A stretch of DNA of 64,000 nucleotides from Candidatus Hermodarchaeum yapensis (lineage in GTDB: Archaea; Asgardarchaeota; Hermodarchaeia; Hermodarchaeales; Hermodarchaeaceae), in NCBI GenBank assembly GCA_016840405.1, contig JAEOSK010000004.1, positions 1 to 64,000 on the forward strand, written 5' to 3'. Position numbers and translations under genes: made by a program. Shown here piece after piece: positions 59,295-64,000 of the stretch. Below the pieces are notes generated by a model, which searched no databases, was not told the DNA's origin, and worked only from the letters and a program-made list of their open reading frames with translations. Each line of letters starts with the position of its first letter. Position 1 is the stretch's first letter.

Positions 59295-59858
59295 TTACTT
59301 TTCGTTGCTTTTTGCCATGCTTTTTTCGTAAAAACAGCTCTCTTTGTGTGTAGCTGCGAGCTTGTAACCACAAGAGTCGTATAATATGCGTGCGGCTTTA
59401 TTCGATTCAATTACGTGTAGCCCGATGAGTTTCAGACCCTCACTCCTTGTCCACTCTTCGATTTTTTCCAAGAGTAATTTTGCCAGACCCTGTCTGCGAA
59501 ATCTAAGCACAACATGCAGATTATAAATCCACGTTAATGGTTCCTTAAATCGCCAAAATGGCCCACGATGGCACACCCATACTAGCCCAACTGGTTGTCC
59601 TTCACTGGTTTCTCCAATGAACACCACATGATCTGGACTAGACATATCCACCGGATCGTTCTTATCGAATTCCTCATATTTTCGCTTTATTTCTTCTTCT
59701 GATAAGGAATCTGCGTCTGTGAGTGTCCCTTTATATGATTCAAGTTGACAGTAGTCGAAGAACGCTTGATCCGTTTGGCGATTCCATTCTCGAATATGAA
59801 ATTTCAAAGAGAGACCTTCTTCTGCATTGATTTCTATGTGTTCGTGTATCTTATCCAT
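59295..59858 (-). CDS. GNAT N-acetyltransferase
   Basis: FRRQGLAKLLL, LHVIESNKAARILYDSCGY. Confidence 0.88.
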   Translation of the reverse strand: MDKIHEHIEINAEEGLSLKFHIREWNRQTDQAFFDYCQLESYKGTLTDADSLSEEEIKRKYEEFDKNDPVDMSSPDHVVFIGETSEGQPVGLVWVCHRGPFWRFKEPLTWIYNLHVVLRFRRQGLAKLLLEKIEEWTRSEGLKLIGLHVIESNKAARILYDSCGYKLAATHKESCFYEKSMAKSNEK

Positions 59859-59990
59859 TTTTACATCAAGTGTTTATGAGTAATGATTTAATGGTGAGGG
59901 ATATTTGGCTAATAGTGTGACAAGTCAGAAGTATCATTCTGATGTTTAATGTCAAACAAGTTCTACGTGTCAAAAATATTAAGTGAGAAT

Positions 59991-60596
59991 TTATTCAACT
60001 GTGTCGTTTGATTTTTCCTGAAGAACTTCAACGAGTTTGTACGAGTCCCAGAGATCACCTTGGAATCTAGCAAAAGGAATAATTAGTATAAATTGGACCG
60101 CAAACATGACTAATAACCGGATTATTACGATTGCTAGTGGACCCCAGAGAAGGATTATTGCGTTTTCTATCAGGACAAATGTTGGAGCGAAGAGTTTTGA
60201 AACTGTGAAAGACGCGAGGTTAATGAGGAATAATCCAAAGCTGAATATGAAGTACAAGAGCAGTTGGAGCGTGCTTCGTAGACTTCGGTGAGAATTATGT
60301 CTGAGTTCAACGAATTTTTCTGCAGGGAATTCTTCAGTTTTAACCTTGAGCAACTCTTTCGCCAAATAGAAATTAATTTCGTGACTGATGATAGAACCCA
60401 TAATGGCTAGTCCTAGAGCGTAGGTGATTGTGAGAAACATCATCAGGGGCATCCCCCAGGCTGTGAGAAATTCATGGGGGTATTCAAGGATGTAAATCAC
60501 GACAACGAATAAGAAACCCAGTAGAATCCCAACCAGTGCGAGAATCGCGTCAAAATGGACATCTGGTCGTTGAAGTTTTGTAGGTTTTGTCGTCAT
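59991..60596 (-). CDS. hypothetical membrane protein
   Basis: 4 TMs. Confidence 0.65.
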   Translation of the reverse strand: MTTKPTKLQRPDVHFDAILALVGILLGFLFVVVIYILEYPHEFLTAWGMPLMMFLTITYALGLAIMGSIISHEINFYLAKELLKVKTEEFPAEKFVELRHNSHRSLRSTLQLLLYFIFSFGLFLINLASFTVSKLFAPTFVLIENAIILLWGPLAIVIIRLLVMFAVQFILIIPFARFQGDLWDSYKLVEVLQEKSNDTVE

Positions 60597-60806
60597 TTGA
60601 AACCTTCCGATTGGTTCAATTTGATTTTAATTCTTAAAAACTTGAATCGGGGAGATATATTGAATTTGTTCTTAAGAATGAATTCTTTATGATGGTGTGA
60701 AGAATCTAACTTTACCTACTAAGACGTACAAACAGACCGGGTCGGTTGAAGATCACCTCGAAGTGAGTAAATTCTGAATTAATAGTGTTTGTGATGGTGT
60801 CGTGGT

Positions 60807-61001
60807 TTATTCTAGTTTGACCTTGACGGCTTTGAGGCCGCGGTCGCCTTCTTCAACTTCAAAGGTGACTTTGTCGCCTTCGTTGAGGACCTTTTCGCCT
60901 TCGACTTCGCTTCCGTGAACAAATACGTCTGTTCCGGATTCTCGTTCGATGAAGCCGTAGTTTCGGTCGCGGTTAAACCATTTGACAGTTCCTTTTTCCA
61001 T
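60807..61001 (-). CDS. cold-shock protein (CspA family)
   Basis: GTVKWFN..YGFI, DVFVH; GAGGTGA RBS. Confidence 0.93.
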   Translation of the reverse strand: MEKGTVKWFNRDRNYGFIERESGTDVFVHGSEVEGEKVLNEGDKVTFEVEEGDRGLKAVKVKLE

Positions 61002-61274
61002 ATGATTCACCTCGATTGTCTTCAGTTAGGTGAGGTTCCCTTTCGGGAGGTTTGGCTGTGTCACGCAGCCGTGCTTTTCCCACGAATAGTATTCTAGGGA
61101 ATTGCTGCATAGCACGATAAGTAAAATTTCTGATAAAAAACGAAATTGTCCTATTTGCTACTATGCAATGCTACAAATATGTGCTATATAGGGGTTTCGA
61201 TGGTGTATAATGTTGTAAGTAGACTATGCCTCATTCAAACAATTTGGTAAACGATTGGGAAAGAGTATTGAGAA

Positions 61275-62123
61275 TTAAAAATCCATTACGGGTTTAGGAA
61301 CCACGATTTCTTCTTTCGGTGCGGCTAGTTTCAAGGCTTCATTGATGATATCTAGAGCTTTTTCGCGGTTATTGGGATCGATAGCGACCATTCCGTAGGC
61401 TTTGATGCCCAGAATCCGTTGCACTAGCTGGGGAGACAAGGCGCCGGGTAGATCTTGTTTATTGGCAATAGCGAGGAGCTCTGCTGCAATGTCTTTGCGG
61501 CGGATTAGATCGATGATATCTTTACTGTTCAGGACATTTTCAAGGGTCGAGTCAGTAACGAGGAGGATAATTCGGCTGCCACGGAAGTAGAGTTCCCAGA
61601 GTTTACGGAAGCGGTCTTGTCCAGCAAAGTCCCAGGTGGAGATTTCGTAGGTGCCAATACGAGCGCCTTCGATTTTTTGGATGTCAATGGCGATGGTCGG
61701 GACATAGCTTGTGGGAGGAACGCCGCCATTTAGAAGAGTAACCAGGGTGGTTTTCCCGACGCCACCGTAGCCGATGATGCTGACTTTTAAAGTAGTGACA
61801 ACGTAGTCGTCAACCTTCGCCATGAAGTCTTCGTATTCGACCTCGTAGCTGATAACACGACGAAATTCATAAGTAACACGATCGAGCTTTTCGCGGAGGG
61901 TATCATCGTCGTCTACACTTTCTGCACAAAGTACGACCACACCGCGTCCTAGGGGTTTACCGATGTATTTGATGGGACCAATTTCCTCGATAAGGGAATC
62001 TTGGGCCTCTTGGACGCGGCCAGCGAAATCTTGCATTTCACCTTGATTGATGGTGATAATCCAGAATTTCTTCTGAACGACGATTTCGTCTCGTGCGTCA
62101 ATGATGAAAACGTGGTGTATCAT
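61275..62123 (-). CDS. longin-like domain fused to an Arf/Ras-like small GTPase
   Basis: N-terminal MIHHVFIID longin-like start; GYGGVGKT, PTI, WDFAGQ, NKQD. Confidence 0.82.
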   Translation of the reverse strand: MIHHVFIIDARDEIVVQKKFWIITINQGEMQDFAGRVQEAQDSLIEEIGPIKYIGKPLGRGVVVLCAESVDDDDTLREKLDRVTYEFRRVISYEVEYEDFMAKVDDYVVTTLKVSIIGYGGVGKTTLVTLLNGGVPPTSYVPTIAIDIQKIEGARIGTYEISTWDFAGQDRFRKLWELYFRGSRIILLVTDSTLENVLNSKDIIDLIRRKDIAAELLAIANKQDLPGALSPQLVQRILGIKAYGMVAIDPNNREKALDIINEALKLAAPKEEIVVPKPVMDF

Positions 62124-62264
62124 CCAGTATCCCCTGGTGAGAGCATCCGCTATTGTCTTTTGTGTATTTCGGGTAAAGCTATTTCAACTTTCCGCACCAA
62201 AACGGAGAAGGAAGGTTTATGTTTACTTTTGCATAAGGTTCATATGGTCGACAATTAAAGCTCT

Positions 62265-63035
62265 GTGGAGTCGATTTCGGTGGAAGTTACAATTCTAGGC
62301 AGTGGCGCATCGCTACTTTCTCCAGACCGTGTTTTATCTGGCTTAATGATTGAAATTGCTGGTGAACCACTTATTTTTGATATGGGTGCCGGCGTGTTAC
62401 ATCGTTTGTCGTGCAGTTTAGTTGAGTTAACACGGATTGAGCATTTGTTCATCAGTCATCTGCACGTGGATCATTGTTCAGACATTGTGGCGCTAGTCCA
62501 AAGCTTATGGTTGATGGGTTATGATAAGACGCTCAATGTGTATGGACCAAAGGATATCCTGAAGATGGGAGAAGCGATTGGTGAGGTGTTTCCCTATCTA
62601 ATTGGAAAAATCAAGATAAAATCTCACACCATTTCTCCTGAGTTTCAGGTAAAGTCAAAGAACTGGACAGTCAAGGCGTTTCCAGTGAATCATGGCGACT
62701 TTGAAGCCTATGGCTACCACCTCGAAGCCGAGGGAAAGCGAATTGTTTATTCAGGTGACACTGCACCAAGCGAAAACTTGGTGAAGGCCGCTAAGGACGC
62801 GGATCTTCTGATTCATGAATGTTCCCTTCCGGACCGTATGAAAGGTATGGCTCCAAATCATTCCACACCTGGTGAAGTCGGGAAGGTGGCGGCGGAGGCG
62901 GATGTCAAAACCTTGGTGATTACCCATTTGTATCCTGAGCTGATAGAAGAACTCGGTGATGCCCTCCGTAGTATTCGAGCGACTTTTTCTGGGAAAATCA
63001 TCGTCCCACGTGATACTCAAATCATTACCTTATAA
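62265..63035 (+). CDS. MBL-fold hydrolase, RNase Z-like
   Basis: ILGSG, SHLHVDH, YSGDT, LIHEC, HST, ITH. Confidence 0.88.
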   Translation: MESISVEVTILGSGASLLSPDRVLSGLMIEIAGEPLIFDMGAGVLHRLSCSLVELTRIEHLFISHLHVDHCSDIVALVQSLWLMGYDKTLNVYGPKDILKMGEAIGEVFPYLIGKIKIKSHTISPEFQVKSKNWTVKAFPVNHGDFEAYGYHLEAEGKRIVYSGDTAPSENLVKAAKDADLLIHECSLPDRMKGMAPNHSTPGEVGKVAAEADVKTLVITHLYPELIEELGDALRSIRATFSGKIIVPRDTQIITL

Positions 63036-63071
63036 TGTTGGACCGAAACATCTTTGAACGGCTAATGATTT

Positions 63072-63557
63072 TTGGTGGGTTTTATGAACAAGCGAGATTT
63101 CCAAGATATGCTAAACCGGGCTGTTCCTATCGAACAATATATGCGTGAGTGTTCAGCAGATTGTAAATCGAAATACGAGGCCTGTCGAGCGGATTATACA
63201 CTGAAACCTGACATACTCGAATCGATCAAGGCATTTGATAACCAGTTTATTGTTGTAACTATTAGTGCTGATTGGTGTAAAGATTGCATAGCCAATGTAC
63301 CAGTGCTTGATTTGGTTCACGAGGCGACAGGCCTTCCTGTGTATATCTTGGGTGGTGTGAAAACAGACCCCTTGAACCCCGATCGACAATGGGCAGTTCC
63401 ACCAAGTCCTCCCGAAGTAAATACGCTAAACATCAAAGCGATTCCAACGATTCTCATTTATGCAAAGAATGGAAAAGAAATAGGTCGAATCATTGAGAAC
63501 CCATCGATAAAACCCACACTGGAAGAAGAACTCCTTTACTTCTTGGAAAAAGCGTAA
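63072..63557 (+). CDS. thioredoxin-family protein
   Basis: WCKDC, IPT, GRIIENP. Confidence 0.85.
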   Translation: MVGFMNKRDFQDMLNRAVPIEQYMRECSADCKSKYEACRADYTLKPDILESIKAFDNQFIVVTISADWCKDCIANVPVLDLVHEATGLPVYILGGVKTDPLNPDRQWAVPPSPPEVNTLNIKAIPTILIYAKNGKEIGRIIENPSIKPTLEEELLYFLEKA

Positions 63558-63584
63558 TTGTGTACTCACTGTATTGTGATTGCT

Positions 63585-63938
63585 TCATAATTTTTCTTCG
63601 TCAATTTCTGGTCGATGTGGAGTAGGACCAGAACCTTCGAAGTGGATAAGCCCTTTCCCCCCACCACCATGGCCTCCAATAAAATGAGCCCGGCGATCAG
63701 CATCTCTTTTTCTTCTTTCCAAATCTTTAGGGCGTTTATCGGGGGGGATAAGGAATAGGAGGAGGAATAGACCAAGGAGCGCCCCATAAAAAGCTGCAAA
63801 GAAAAGATTCGTTATTAGCAGGAAAAAGAAAATTGAAACTAGCGCAATTAGGAGTGATGCCACACAATATCGACGTCTTTTTTGATTTTGGGTGAGTTTT
63901 GGCTTTTGTGGATTGGTCGTGCTTGAAACCCCAATCAC
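63585..63938 (-). CDS. small hypothetical membrane protein
   Basis: 2 TMs, GAGGTGA RBS. Confidence 0.55.
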   Translation of the reverse strand: MIGVSSTTNPQKPKLTQNQKRRRYCVASLLIALVSIFFFLLITNLFFAAFYGALLGLFLLLFLIPPDKRPKDLERRKRDADRRAHFIGGHGGGGKGLIHFEGSGPTPHRPEIDEEKL

Positions 63939-64000
63939 CTCATGTTCACTAGGAAAATTGGGAGTTATATAGTTATTTCGAGAGTAGACACTTATCGTTT

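Overview
Archaeal chromosomal window, most consistent with an Asgard lineage: it has TBP, an archaeal EndoIV, a Rab-like GTPase and a longin-GTPase fusion. No rRNA, tRNA, CRISPR array, integrase or transposase was recognised. Two accessory zones (~4.3-22.7 kb and ~46-60.6 kb) flank a more core-like block (Opp/Dpp ABC, hydantoinase AB, 3-hydroxyacyl-CoA dehydrogenase, a 1619-aa tail-anchored protein). The main unexplained signal is an intergenic repeat of up to ~125 bp found in 15 copies, all in the same orientation regardless of flanking-gene strand. Part A is (GCTTTTTAAGGTTNGAGCAA..TTTTCC..)GTTATNNGC-N13-TTCGAAGAC. In 7 copies it is followed, usually after exactly 22 nt, by a palindrome (part B), GAYGTGAA-AGATGATTTGK-TTCACRTC. 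In the left zone the copies separate 1-3-gene modules (toxin-antitoxins, GNAT, methyltransferase, LLM, opine dehydrogenase, secreted proteins, pseudogene stubs); in the right zone the intervals are longer. This resembles a cassette array, but the sites are not canonical attC. Also notable are an Opp-type ABC whose two ATPases both lack the H-loop His and whose permease carries a large nested extracellular insert, and several candidate eukaryote-like proteins. All calls come from reading motifs by eye; no database searches were run.
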